Source: an uncultured archaeon
Lineage (GTDB): Archaea > Iainarchaeota > Iainarchaeia > Iainarchaeales > 0-14-0-20-30-16
Direction of reading: 5' to 3'
Assembly: GCA_964595665.1 (NCBI GenBank)
Contig: CAZQQS010000004.1
Span: 3,832 to 35,831, forward strand
Length of the DNA stretch: 32,000 nucleotides
Part shown: piece by piece, positions 8,477 to 17,184 of the stretch
Numbering within the stretch: the first letter of the stretch is position 1
How the letters are laid out: every line of letters begins with the position of its first letter
The notes under the pieces: generated by a model
What the model saw: the letters and a program-made list of their open reading frames with translations, nothing else
The model's database searches: none
Told to the model about the DNA's origin: nothing
Position numbers and translations under genes: made by a program

Positions 8477-9187
8477 TTAAGGCATATTCCACAAAGTATC
8501 AAAATGGCCTTTAACCATGTTCTTTAAAGTTTCTTGATTATGCAATAAACCTAAATTATACATTTTAGTACTTTCGCCCAATCCCAAAATTAATTTAGAA
8601 TCATCTATAACATAAGCACACATATCGTGATGCTTAGATTTTGCAAAAGTTAAATCAACATCGTAGTCTGGATGAGATATCAATTTAACATCAATTTTAT
8701 TAGATAATAATTTTAAAGAATCTTGTAATTTTTTTTGTTCTAACTCTTTATGACCAAAACCAATAATTTCTTTTTTAGCTTTACCTAATTCTTCAATTAA
8801 AATATTAACCAAATCTTTGTTTTTATCTACGTTTACTAATTTATTTTCTTCAATATAATTATCATCAAATTTAAAGTATTCTTTTATCATGCCAACATCT
8901 TCAGTAATACTTTGCATTTCCTTATGTTTACTATCTAATAAAGTATCTAAAACTTGATCTACATTTCTTATTCTATAAGTTTTTGGTCTATCTGAAATTT
9001 TTATAACAAATTTCATATCTATTAATTGAGAAACAACATCATAAATTCGAGTATTTGGAACATTTGAATGTGAAGCAATATCTGAGATCTTACAAGACTT
9101 CTTTTTCAATAAAGCATATAAAACCCTTGATTGATAATCAGTTAAGCCCAATTGCTTAAATCTTGAAATAGCTCTTTCCACATCCAT
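8477..9187 (-). CDS. TrmB-family transcriptional regulator
   Basis: The N-terminal winged HTH reads FKQLGLTDYQSRVLYALLKKKSCKISDIASHSNVPNTRIYDVVSQLIDMKFV, which is the typical TrmB pattern. A C-terminal effector-like domain follows. Confidence 0.75.
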   Translation of the reverse strand: MDVERAISRFKQLGLTDYQSRVLYALLKKKSCKISDIASHSNVPNTRIYDVVSQLIDMKFVIKISDRPKTYRIRNVDQVLDTLLDSKHKEMQSITEDVGMIKEYFKFDDNYIEENKLVNVDKNKDLVNILIEELGKAKKEIIGFGHKELEQKKLQDSLKLLSNKIDVKLISHPDYDVDLTFAKSKHHDMCAYVIDDSKLILGLGESTKMYNLGLLHNQETLKNMVKGHFDTLWNMP

Positions 9188-9348
9188 TTAATCACCTAAA
9201 CTATATATTATATAATACAGAAACATTTATATATTCTTTGAGTTAAATACTAAAAATGCATATATTTTTAAAAAAAAGTTAAATATAAAAAAAACAAAAA
9301 AAATATAAATGCATACCCGGTATTTATTTATGTTTAAACGGTGATGTA

Positions 9349-9933
9349 ATGTTTTTATTTATGGGATTATATGATAATGAAGAAAGTTCGGAAGAACCAC
9401 AAGAAGATAATTATGAAGAGCCTGAAGAAAATGAACCTGTAAAAAAGGTTATTAAAGTAAAAAATACAAAAGGAAAGGAAACTAAGTTATCTAAAGGATT
9501 TGAATTACCAGAAATATTGCCTAAAATTGGAATGTATTTAGGAATTGCAATATTAGCAATAGCTTTAATTTTTATAATTTACTTATTAGTTCAACCAAAT
9601 ATCTTAAAATTAAAATTAAGCCCAGATCCATCATATTTAATTTATGGATATGCGGAAACTACTTTAAATGTTGAAATAAAAAATAGCTTTGATTATAGCT
9701 TACAAGATTTAACTTTAAAAATAGTGCCAAATGACTCTGAAGCAATTGTAATTATGCCTTCAGAAGATATTAAGATTGCAATAATTGGTGAAGATGAAAT
9801 TCGTAAATTAAGTTATAAAATAGGCACCGTAGGAAATGTTAATCCCGGAAAATATAGAATAGATGTTGAATTATTAACACCTCAAGAAATTATAACAGAA
9901 AAAGTATTCTGGGAAATTACAGATAGGAAATGA
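9349..9933 (+). CDS. Hypothetical single-pass membrane protein with acidic N-terminus and CARDB-like beta-sandwich C-terminal domain
   Basis: It has an acidic tract (NEESSEEPQEDNYEEPEENEP) and a TM helix (IGMYLGIAILAIALIFIIYLL). The C-terminal pattern LNVEIKN...LQDLTLKIVP...NPGKYRIDVEL resembles CARDB/S-layer-type Ig-like domains. GGTGAT Shine-Dalgarno lies upstream. Confidence 0.5.
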   Translation: MFLFMGLYDNEESSEEPQEDNYEEPEENEPVKKVIKVKNTKGKETKLSKGFELPEILPKIGMYLGIAILAIALIFIIYLLVQPNILKLKLSPDPSYLIYGYAETTLNVEIKNSFDYSLQDLTLKIVPNDSEAIVIMPSEDIKIAIIGEDEIRKLSYKIGTVGNVNPGKYRIDVELLTPQEIITEKVFWEITDRK

Positions 9934-9937
9934 GATT

Positions 9938-10393
9938 ATGGAAGATATTATTGAAAAAGAAAATAGATTTAAATTTCTTTTATCTAAAATTGATGGAGAA
10001 ATATCTAAATTTAAAATTAAACAAACTACATTAGATCAAAAATTACAAGATATAAAACAAGTTACTAAAAGTTTTAATGAACAAATTCCTATAGCATTAA
10101 ATGCAGATAATCAAGAAAACGTTTATGAATTATTAAAAGCGCATATTTTGGAATTAGAAAATTTAAAAGCATATATTTCTCAAGAATTAAATAAAATAGA
10201 CAAACAAAAGAAAATAGAAAATGAATTAAAAACACAATTTCAAGAAAATATTAAAGTTGAACAAAATCAATTAGGTGGCTTTAAAATAAATTATAAAGAT
10301 GAAGACATAAATAAAATCGCAGATGAAGCAATAATGAGCAAGAAATTAATTAGCACATTAAAGGAAAGCATATTTAATAAAAAAATGATTTAA
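9938..10393 (+). CDS. Hypothetical coiled-coil protein
   Basis: The sequence is heptad-rich and rich in K/E/Q, with no catalytic motifs. It starts 4 nt after the upstream gene and abuts the downstream gene. Confidence 0.45.
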   Translation: MEDIIEKENRFKFLLSKIDGEISKFKIKQTTLDQKLQDIKQVTKSFNEQIPIALNADNQENVYELLKAHILELENLKAYISQELNKIDKQKKIENELKTQFQENIKVEQNQLGGFKINYKDEDINKIADEAIMSKKLISTLKESIFNKKMI

Positions 10394-11095
10394 ATGGTAA
10401 AAAAACAATTCTCAGAAGAAGAAATTGAAACACTAAAAAGAGAAATTGCTGGAGAAATAATTATTTCAAATAATTTAGGAAACACTTTGAAAAAATGGCA
10501 GAATATATTTGAAGTAAATCAAAAAACTCTTGCAAAAAATATGGCTATTTCTAACACAATGTTATCAGATTATCAAAATGGTAGAAGAACTAACCCTAGT
10601 ATAAAATTTATTTTAAACTTTATAAATTCATTAATAAATCACGATATAAAACATAAAGAAAAAATATTAAAAAAATTAATTGAACAAAAAACCGAATTAA
10701 TTTTTGAAACTAAAGAATTTAAAAAAGGAATAAAAATAAAAGTATTAGAAAAATCAGAAAAAATAAAACAAACAAACATAAAAAATAATAATGATATTGT
10801 ATATGGTATAACATATATAGATGTTCATGACATTCCAGATTTTGATAATAATGACTTACAAAAAATATTTGGAAAAACTAACAAAAGAATATTTTATATT
10901 TCAAATATAACCGATATAACTATAATTCAAATGTTTTTAAATACATTAAAAATAATAACTAATCAAAATCCTAGCGCAATAATCTTAGAATGTAGTTTAA
11001 ATGAAACTGAAATCAACAAACTAGATTTTAATAATGCAATTTATTTGACAAAAGCAAATAAAACAGAAATAAAAGAAATATTAAAAGAATATTAA
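10394..11095 (+). CDS. XRE-type helix-turn-helix DNA-binding protein with uncharacterised C-terminal domain
   Basis: The HTH_3-like segment is NQKTLAKNMAISNTMLSDYQNGRRTNPSIKFILNFINSL. Its start directly abuts the stop of the upstream ORF. Confidence 0.6.
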   Translation: MVKKQFSEEEIETLKREIAGEIIISNNLGNTLKKWQNIFEVNQKTLAKNMAISNTMLSDYQNGRRTNPSIKFILNFINSLINHDIKHKEKILKKLIEQKTELIFETKEFKKGIKIKVLEKSEKIKQTNIKNNNDIVYGITYIDVHDIPDFDNNDLQKIFGKTNKRIFYISNITDITIIQMFLNTLKIITNQNPSAIILECSLNETEINKLDFNNAIYLTKANKTEIKEILKEY

Positions 11096-11851
11096 TTATT
11101 TTTGATATTCAGTATTTTCTTTTGGTTTAGGTTCTTTTTTTCTTACTAAAAATGTGTTTCTAATCTTTTCTTTTCCACCAGGAAGCATTCCTACTAACTT
11201 AAAACTTAATTTTACTTCTACATCGTGTCTTGCTTTTATTTCTTTAATAAATGCTTGTCCTACGCCCTTAGAACCAAAAAAATAATCTTTACCATTATTT
11301 ACTTTTTCACTTTTTTGCAAATAAGAACCAAAATTACCCTTTTTTATTTCTTCTTTTTCAGCTAATTTTTGATATCTCTTAAATTCCTTGTCAGTTGCTA
11401 AATCAAAATTAAATCCTCTAACCTGAACAGTTGTTTGAAAATAATCACTTATTTTTTTATAACAATCTGAACAATATTGATATTTTGGACTAATCATTAC
11501 GCTATCTTGAAAATTTTCTTTATCAATTGTAAAATCTAAATCTATTTGCATTTTCTTTTTAAAATAAGTTATATCAAATTTATTTAATTTTAATTCATAA
11601 TCCGATTTTAATTTATCTAAAATTAATTTTTCCAAAGTATCTTCAGAAAATGGATGCCAAAAAAAATCAGTTTTTAATCTTCCACAAGATTTACAAACAA
11701 AAACATCTTTCAGTTTTATATCAAATAACTTTTTATCTACGTAATAACAAGTTTTACACATGTTATCTACAAAATCAGATTTCTTTGTTTCTTTACCACA
11801 ATTAGGGCATATTAAAGTTTGCATAGTATCACTTTTTATCTTTTTTATCAT
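11096..11851 (-). CDS. NMD3-family protein (archaeal homologue of the 60S export adaptor)
   Basis: It has four Cys pairs (CPNCG..CKTC, CKSCG, CSDCYK). The NMD3-like segments YFQTTVQVRG, GKDYFFGSKGVGQAF and IRNTFLVR follow. Confidence 0.65.
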   Translation of the reverse strand: MIKKIKSDTMQTLICPNCGKETKKSDFVDNMCKTCYYVDKKLFDIKLKDVFVCKSCGRLKTDFFWHPFSEDTLEKLILDKLKSDYELKLNKFDITYFKKKMQIDLDFTIDKENFQDSVMISPKYQYCSDCYKKISDYFQTTVQVRGFNFDLATDKEFKRYQKLAEKEEIKKGNFGSYLQKSEKVNNGKDYFFGSKGVGQAFIKEIKARHDVEVKLSFKLVGMLPGGKEKIRNTFLVRKKEPKPKENTEYQK

Positions 11852-12926
11852 TCATTAATTTCTTTATTAAATTAGAATTTTGTTCTTTATAAAGCATCAA
11901 TTCATCTAATTTATTATTTATATCATCTAAATTATTTGCTTTATTAGATTTTAAACTATTTTCTAAATCCATAAATCTTTTATTTAAATCCATAATAGAA
12001 TCATCATATTTACTAAATTCTAAAGAATTTTTCAATTCTATTATTTTTGTTCCCACAATAGCATTTATTTTACCTTCTAAATCTTTTATAGTATTTAATT
12101 TATCTAAAGCTAATTTTATATCCTCAACATTTAATTTAGTTTTAAAATCCTTCATAAAGTCATTTATTTTAGACTCTAAAGTATCATCTATTTTGTTTTT
12201 TGCAGAATTAACTAAATTATCTAATATTTTTGCAGAAATATTTAATGTACTATTAGTTTTTGCAATAATCTCATCAGCTTTAACTTTATATTGGTTATAA
12301 AAATTATCTAAATCTCTATTACTTTTATTTTTTAATTCTTCAATTGTATTAGATGCCGTTTGTTTAATATTTTGAATTGCATCCATTTGTGTTTGCAAAG
12401 TATTTTTTAAATCTTCTAAATTTGTAACTATTTTATCAAAATCATCTAATTTCTTTTGAGTGTTTAAATTTACATCTTGTAATACTTTTAAAGTATTTTC
12501 TACTTCAGTTTTAATTTCTTTAATTCTTGATGCTAAAGACATATCCATTTTAGAAACTAATAATGTTCTTTGTGAATCAATTATAGTTTTCATTTTAGCA
12601 ATTTCTGTTGAAGTAATTTGTTTAACACTTTCTTTGATTTGTGAATCTAACTCCAATTGTTTCTTATTAATTTCATCTAATTTTTGATTTACTAAAGTTA
12701 CCATTCCTTCAGACCAAACATCATTTTGAGAAGAATCTTCAATTAATAAGTCTTGTTTCTTTGGTTTTTTATCTTTATCATTGGATTTTTTATTCTTAAA
12801 AGATTCTAAAGTCTTTTTTGCATAATCGTAATCTACGCCAGCATCAACTAAACTTGCGACAATATCTTCATCTTCCATACCTAAAGAAATCATCTTCTGA
12901 ATACTTTCGATAATAATCTCATCCAT
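11829..12926 (-). CDS. Long coiled-coil protein with N-terminal UBA-like helical domain
   Basis: The N-terminal IQKMISLGMEDEDIVASLVDAGVDYDYAKKTL resembles a UBA-type three-helix bundle. A basic linker and about 290 aa of coiled-coil-prone sequence follow. The 3' end overlaps the NMD3 gene by 23 nt. Confidence 0.5.
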   Translation of the reverse strand: MDEIIIESIQKMISLGMEDEDIVASLVDAGVDYDYAKKTLESFKNKKSNDKDKKPKKQDLLIEDSSQNDVWSEGMVTLVNQKLDEINKKQLELDSQIKESVKQITSTEIAKMKTIIDSQRTLLVSKMDMSLASRIKEIKTEVENTLKVLQDVNLNTQKKLDDFDKIVTNLEDLKNTLQTQMDAIQNIKQTASNTIEELKNKSNRDLDNFYNQYKVKADEIIAKTNSTLNISAKILDNLVNSAKNKIDDTLESKINDFMKDFKTKLNVEDIKLALDKLNTIKDLEGKINAIVGTKIIELKNSLEFSKYDDSIMDLNKRFMDLENSLKSNKANNLDDINNKLDELMLYKEQNSNLIKKLMNDKKDKK

Positions 12927-12976
12927 ATTATATATAATAAGTATAGCTTTATATTTTTAATCTTTATTAATTTTTA

Positions 12977-13477
12977 ATGGATTCTTTAATATTTGTAGAA
13001 AAATGCGCCCTTTTGTTTAATAATACACATTTTTTAAATCTTTTTTGGGAAATAATTACAAATTTATTTCCAATTATTTTAATTATTACATTAATATTTT
13101 TAGTGCATAAAAAAAAGAATTATATTTATTTAGCAATATTTGCTTTAAATTTAACTTTGGGATTATTATTAAAAAAAATAATTACTTTATTTTATTTTAG
13201 TCCGAGACCTTATGAGCTATTAAATTTAGTTAAAACAAATATTATGGACAATTCGTTTTTTAGTAATCATACTTTTTTAGTATTTGTTACAGCTTTTTTT
13301 ATAATTCAAATAACTGATAATAAAATAATAAAATATTCTGCAATAATTTTAGCAATAATTACTGCATTTTCGAGAATAGTTTTAGCTCAACATTATTTAA
13401 TAGATATTGTATTTGGGCTAATATTTGCCCAAATATTTTATATAATAAGCATTAAAGTGTATAAAAAATATTTTTAA
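12977..13477 (+). CDS. PAP2-superfamily lipid phosphate phosphatase
   Basis: All three PAP2 motifs are present: KKIITLFYFSPRP (Kx6RP), FFSNHT (the PSGH position) and SRIVLAQHYLID (SRx5Hx3D). The protein is multi-TM. Confidence 0.75.
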   Translation: MDSLIFVEKCALLFNNTHFLNLFWEIITNLFPIILIITLIFLVHKKKNYIYLAIFALNLTLGLLLKKIITLFYFSPRPYELLNLVKTNIMDNSFFSNHTFLVFVTAFFIIQITDNKIIKYSAIILAIITAFSRIVLAQHYLIDIVFGLIFAQIFYIISIKVYKKYF

Positions 13478-14055
13478 TCCTTATCATCATCTGCAAATGT
13501 TTCAGCATAAAAATAATATATGTCTAAAAGTTTTCTATTCCAAGTAGATTCTTGTAATCCAGCTTCCAAACATAATCTATCTAAAAATTCATATTTATCA
13601 GGATACATTTTCCACATAGTAGGTAAGAAAACTGTTTTTTGTAAACCTTCTTTAATTACTAAACCCATTCTTGAATCTATTTTAGATAATAAATCATCTT
13701 TAGTATTATATTCTAATTTTTTAACTTCTGTTAATAAAGAAATTTCAATAGTTAATCTTGGCAAATCTAATTTTGTTATAGGTTTATGTTTTTTTGAATA
13801 AAACCCAGCATTAATTGCATTTTCAATTACTCCTTGATAAATATATTTCAAAGGTTCAACATATCCTGAAACGGCTCTTAAATAATTGTCTTCGATAAAA
13901 ACAACATATACACCTTTTTTCTCAAAACAATCATCTTTTAATGATGTAAAATCAGGAACAAATTCTTTATTCATTAATTTTGTCTCTAATGCTGTTCTAG
14001 CAAACTCTAATAATTGTTTTTGCACTGCTTTTGAAGTCATAATCCCACCAACCAA
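13474..14055 (-). CDS. AMMECR1-domain protein
   Basis: AMMECR1-like segments are LRAVSGYVEP (the LRGCIG position), LTIEISLLTE, GLVIKEGLQKTVFLPTMW and LCLEAGL. Its stop codon overlaps the convergent PAP2 stop in TTAA. The real start is probably the internal MTSK, preceded by GGTGGG. Confidence 0.7.
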   Translation of the reverse strand: MVGGIMTSKAVQKQLLEFARTALETKLMNKEFVPDFTSLKDDCFEKKGVYVVFIEDNYLRAVSGYVEPLKYIYQGVIENAINAGFYSKKHKPITKLDLPRLTIEISLLTEVKKLEYNTKDDLLSKIDSRMGLVIKEGLQKTVFLPTMWKMYPDKYEFLDRLCLEAGLQESTWNRKLLDIYYFYAETFADDDKD

Positions 14056-14067
14056 ATTTATATTTAT

Positions 14068-14175
14068 TCACTCTTTTTCAACATTTTTATTATTTTTCTT
14101 ATCTCTATAATTAAATATTAATATGAATATAATTAAAAGCACTATCATAATTAACAAAGTTATTGTTATAATCAT
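14068..14175 (-). CDS. Possible 35-aa single-TM micro-protein, translationally coupled to the upstream M50 gene
   Basis: Hand-translated sequence is MIITITLLIMIVLLIIFILIFNYRDKKNNKNVEKE. Its ATG overlaps the M50 stop codon (TAATG). It has a hydrophobic helix followed by a basic tail. It is too short to appear in the supplied track. Confidence 0.3.
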   Translation of the reverse strand: MIITITLLIMIVLLIIFILIFNYRDKKNNKNVEKE

Positions 14176-15293
14176 TACAACACCCTATGTATTTTAATAT
14201 AATCTGCAAAATCTGTTCTTTTAATTACCCCTATAATCCCTTTTTCTTTACCTTCTACTACAGGCATAATCTCCAAATCTTTGGCAACCATATATTGTGC
14301 AACAAAAGCTAAATTCTCTCGAACATTTATCGCATCAACAACTCTCGCAATTTTAACTACCTTAGTTCCAGGCCACAAATCTTTACTTAATTTAGAAATA
14401 TCTTCTACACTAATTACCCCATAACCTTCATTTAACTCTACAACTGCATCTGGAATTCTTAAATCTTTCATTTTAGAAAAACAATCCATTACACTTGTAT
14501 CACTTTTAAACAATAAATCAGGCTTGACCATAAAAGTCTTAATAGATTTACCCTCTAAAACGCGCAAAATCTCATATTCTCTAAATTCTCTCATTGTAGC
14601 ATAATAAATAAATAAACCAATTAAAACAATCAAAATATCCCAAAAGAATAATCCAGTTAAAACAACAATTAATGCCACAACCTTACTCAAATATGGAACA
14701 ATCTTATTTGCAGTAGTTTCTCCAAAGATTATAGTTAATAATGCTTTTATTAATCGTCCACCATCCATAGGCATAGCAAATATAAATGCATTAAATGAAA
14801 ATAATAAAAATGCAATCCAAAACACAAAAAACAATGGAAAACTAACTAAACTAAAATCTATTGTTTGTGCCGTTAATGTATTTTTTAATAATATTTCAGC
14901 AGGCCATAATTGAGGCAATAATAAAGTACCAATTAATGCAGCACCAAGCATTATTAAAAAATAAACTAATAAACCCACAAACCCATAAATTAATTCTTGT
15001 TTTGGATTATCAAAATCTTTACCAAAAAATTTCTTTGTGCCAAAAGGATAAACAATATATTTTCTTAATTTCAAAGAAAACCTTTTAGCCAATAATAATT
15101 GAAAACCATCATGAATTAAATTAAAAACAATAAACGTAACAAAAAGTAAAAAAACAAATAAAGCTTTTAGATTATGAAAAATTATTAAACCTAAAAGCAA
15201 ACCTATAAAGAAAAATATAAAAGTAGTATCGATCTCAAAGATACCAATAGTCAAAGTAAATTTAGATTTTGACTTAAAGGTATCCAAGATCAT
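14175..15293 (-). CDS. M50 (site-2 protease) family membrane protein with C-terminal CBS pair; HExxH motif degenerate
   Basis: The M50 topology is present. The second metal-ligand motif NAFIFAMPMDGGRL is intact. At the HExxH position the sequence reads IHDGFQLLLAKRF. Two CBS repeats lie at the C-terminus. Confidence 0.75.
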   Translation of the reverse strand: MILDTFKSKSKFTLTIGIFEIDTTFIFFFIGLLLGLIIFHNLKALFVFLLFVTFIVFNLIHDGFQLLLAKRFSLKLRKYIVYPFGTKKFFGKDFDNPKQELIYGFVGLLVYFLIMLGAALIGTLLLPQLWPAEILLKNTLTAQTIDFSLVSFPLFFVFWIAFLLFSFNAFIFAMPMDGGRLIKALLTIIFGETTANKIVPYLSKVVALIVVLTGLFFWDILIVLIGLFIYYATMREFREYEILRVLEGKSIKTFMVKPDLLFKSDTSVMDCFSKMKDLRIPDAVVELNEGYGVISVEDISKLSKDLWPGTKVVKIARVVDAINVRENLAFVAQYMVAKDLEIMPVVEGKEKGIIGVIKRTDFADYIKIHRVL

Positions 15294-15302
15294 TTAAATC
15301 AC

Positions 15303-15599
15303 TCATAATGTTTCTAATTCTAAACCTTTTGACCATTTTAAAACCAAATTTATTATAAAAGCCATAATATATGCTATTAAAAAAGCCATTATAGGTGTAG
15401 CGATCAAAACTACAATAGAATATAAAACCCATGAACCCCAACTAGATGCTCCATAAAAGAAACTATTTTGAGATAAAAGTTTATAAAACAAATCAAATAT
15501 TGTGTATATTGTTGTTAAAAACAAAGTATAAATCCCCATTACCTTTGCAAAGGAAAAATACTTTATTTTAGATATTATAATACCTGCCAAAGAAACCAC
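15303..15599 (-). CDS. Hypothetical small membrane protein
   Basis: It has two or three predicted TM helices. The start is GTG, or an in-frame TTG a few codons later, next to a GAGGTG motif. It lies 10 nt downstream of... upstream neighbour M50 on the same strand. Confidence 0.45.
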   Translation of the reverse strand: MVSLAGIIISKIKYFSFAKVMGIYTLFLTTIYTIFDLFYKLLSQNSFFYGASSWGSWVLYSIVVLIATPIMAFLIAYIMAFIINLVLKWSKGLELETL

Positions 15600-15683
15600 C
15601 TCTTTTTATTAGCAATTATAATATAATAATAAGGTATTTAAATATGTTACCCTTAAATATATAAGATAAAAGAAGGTGTTAAA

Positions 15684-16184
15684 ATGTTTTTCATAAAAAA
15701 ATTATTAAATAAAAGTAAGAATATTGCAGTTTTTGTTGACGGCCCAAATATGTTAAGAAAAGAATTAAATATTGATTTGAGACAAATCAAAGATATATTA
15801 AAAGATTATGGGAAAATAAAAATTGGAAAAGTATTCTTGAATCAATTTGCTCCTACAAAATTATCTGAAGCAGTTGTAAATCAAGGTTTTCAAGTAGAAA
15901 CATCTGTTGGAGATGTTGATGTTATGATGGCTGTTGAAGCAACATATACTGCATTTAACAAAAATATAGATATTATTTGTATGGTTACTCGAGATTCTGA
16001 TTTTATACCAGCAATACAAAAAGCAAAAATTATGGGTAAAGAAACTATGGCAATATTAGTTGATGAATCGAGTGCTGCTGCATTAAAAAATACTGTAGAT
16101 TATATAATCATATTAAACAAAATGCCTCAAAACCCACAAAACAATAATAGAAATAATAATTACAACAGAAATAACAGAAGGTAA
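15684..16184 (+). CDS. NYN-domain (LabA/TIGR00288-like, PIN-related) putative ribonuclease with Asn-rich tail
   Basis: NYN acidic motifs are IAVFVDGPNM, GDVDVMMAVEA and TRDSDFIPAIQKAK. The C-terminal low-complexity tail is PQNPQNNNRNNNYNRNNRR. AGGTG Shine-Dalgarno lies upstream. Confidence 0.75.
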   Translation: MFFIKKLLNKSKNIAVFVDGPNMLRKELNIDLRQIKDILKDYGKIKIGKVFLNQFAPTKLSEAVVNQGFQVETSVGDVDVMMAVEATYTAFNKNIDIICMVTRDSDFIPAIQKAKIMGKETMAILVDESSAAALKNTVDYIIILNKMPQNPQNNNRNNNYNRNNRR

Positions 16185-16188
16185 GATA

Positions 16189-16665
16189 ATGAACATCCCT
16201 CAAGGCAAACCGATTATTAAAAACGTAAGTACATTAAAATTAAATTATGAATCTATGTTAAACGATTTAATAATTAAGAAATTTAATGGATATGTTTGCT
16301 TAACTTTAAATGATAAATTAGGTTATGAAGATGGGTTCATAGTATTTCAAAATGGAATCATATTAGGAGCATATTATAATTTACTAGATAAAAACAAAGA
16401 ATTTTATAGTGAAAATGCTATTAGATTTTTTGTTAAGGGTTTAAAAAGCAACTTTGGTGCTTTAGATGTATACACTTTAACCAAAGAACAAACCGAATTA
16501 TTATTAACTTTTAATGAAAAAATACGAAATAAGCCCATAAATAGCATTAAATATTTAAATGAATTTACCCCTAATAATAGTAATGAAGAGCTATTTGTAG
16601 AAGAAAAAGAAGAAAATAAATATGATTTGTTTAAAAAAATCGGTTTAGGGAATATAAAAATTTAG
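16189..16665 (+). CDS. Hypothetical protein (weak PATAN/DUF4388-like pattern)
   Basis: The segment FNGYVCLTLNDKLGYEDGFIVFQNGIILGAYY resembles the G-x-L...G-x-I-x-F-x-x-G-x-I-x-x-A pattern of PATAN-type domains. This is weak, eye-level similarity only. The gene starts 4 nt after the NYN gene. Confidence 0.45.
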   Translation: MNIPQGKPIIKNVSTLKLNYESMLNDLIIKKFNGYVCLTLNDKLGYEDGFIVFQNGIILGAYYNLLDKNKEFYSENAIRFFVKGLKSNFGALDVYTLTKEQTELLLTFNEKIRNKPINSIKYLNEFTPNNSNEELFVEEKEENKYDLFKKIGLGNIKI

Positions 16666-16673
16666 GTGAAAAT

Positions 16674-17174
16674 ATGGGTATAATAAAAAAAATCTCAAGA
16701 TATCTTTTAGGAATAGATGATACTGAGATGTCAAACCAAGAAAAATTTATTAAAAATTTTTATAATTCTCAAAAAATAACTTTTAGAGATATAGACAAAA
16801 CACATATAGCTAGTTTTATTGATACTTTATTGAAAAAGCATGATTTAATTTATTTTGGATTAGTTTCAAATAGAAAAATATTATTAAGTTCAGAGGAAAA
16901 AGTAAATAAAGAAATTTTGAATTATTTTGATGTTTTTGAAAACATTAGGGGAAATTTAAAAGATAAAATTGTTTTAATTAAAGGAAGTCCTTGGATAGGT
17001 ATATTTGAAAAAGAAGATTATATTTTTGTAACTAAACGAGAAGTAAAATTAAGTGAGATGGAAATTAATGCAATCGCACATGATGTTTTGAATTGCAAAG
17101 AAATGTATGATACTAATGAACCAATTAAAAGTTTAAACATACAAAAAGCAATTATAAAAAAAACAGCTGGGTAA
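16674..17174 (+). CDS. Hypothetical protein with basic amphipathic N-terminus
   Basis: The N-terminal peptide is MGIIKKISRYLLG. The central LIYFGLVSNRKILLSS segment is vaguely Roadblock/LC7-like. AGGTGA Shine-Dalgarno lies upstream. The gene sits between the unknown ORF and minD. Confidence 0.45.
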   Translation: MGIIKKISRYLLGIDDTEMSNQEKFIKNFYNSQKITFRDIDKTHIASFIDTLLKKHDLIYFGLVSNRKILLSSEEKVNKEILNYFDVFENIRGNLKDKIVLIKGSPWIGIFEKEDYIFVTKREVKLSEMEINAIAHDVLNCKEMYDTNEPIKSLNIQKAIIKKTAG

Positions 17175-17184
17175 ATAAATTTAA

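Noticed and set aside
13474-13477. The convergent PAP2 and AMMECR1 genes share overlapping stop codons within TTAA. Other junctions overlap by 1-23 nt at 4102, 11829, 24138, 25577 and 31096.
   Set aside because: These reflect genome compaction and translational coupling that are typical of reduced genomes. I note them as context rather than as a separate discovery.
16130-16184. Asn/Arg-rich tail (PQNPQNNNRNNNYNRNNRR) of the NYN protein. A similar N/R-rich N-terminus occurs in the zinc-ribbon protein at 26280.
   Set aside because: This is probably compositional low complexity, which is common in AT-rich genomes. A disordered RNA-binding tail is possible, but there is no evidence for a specific function.
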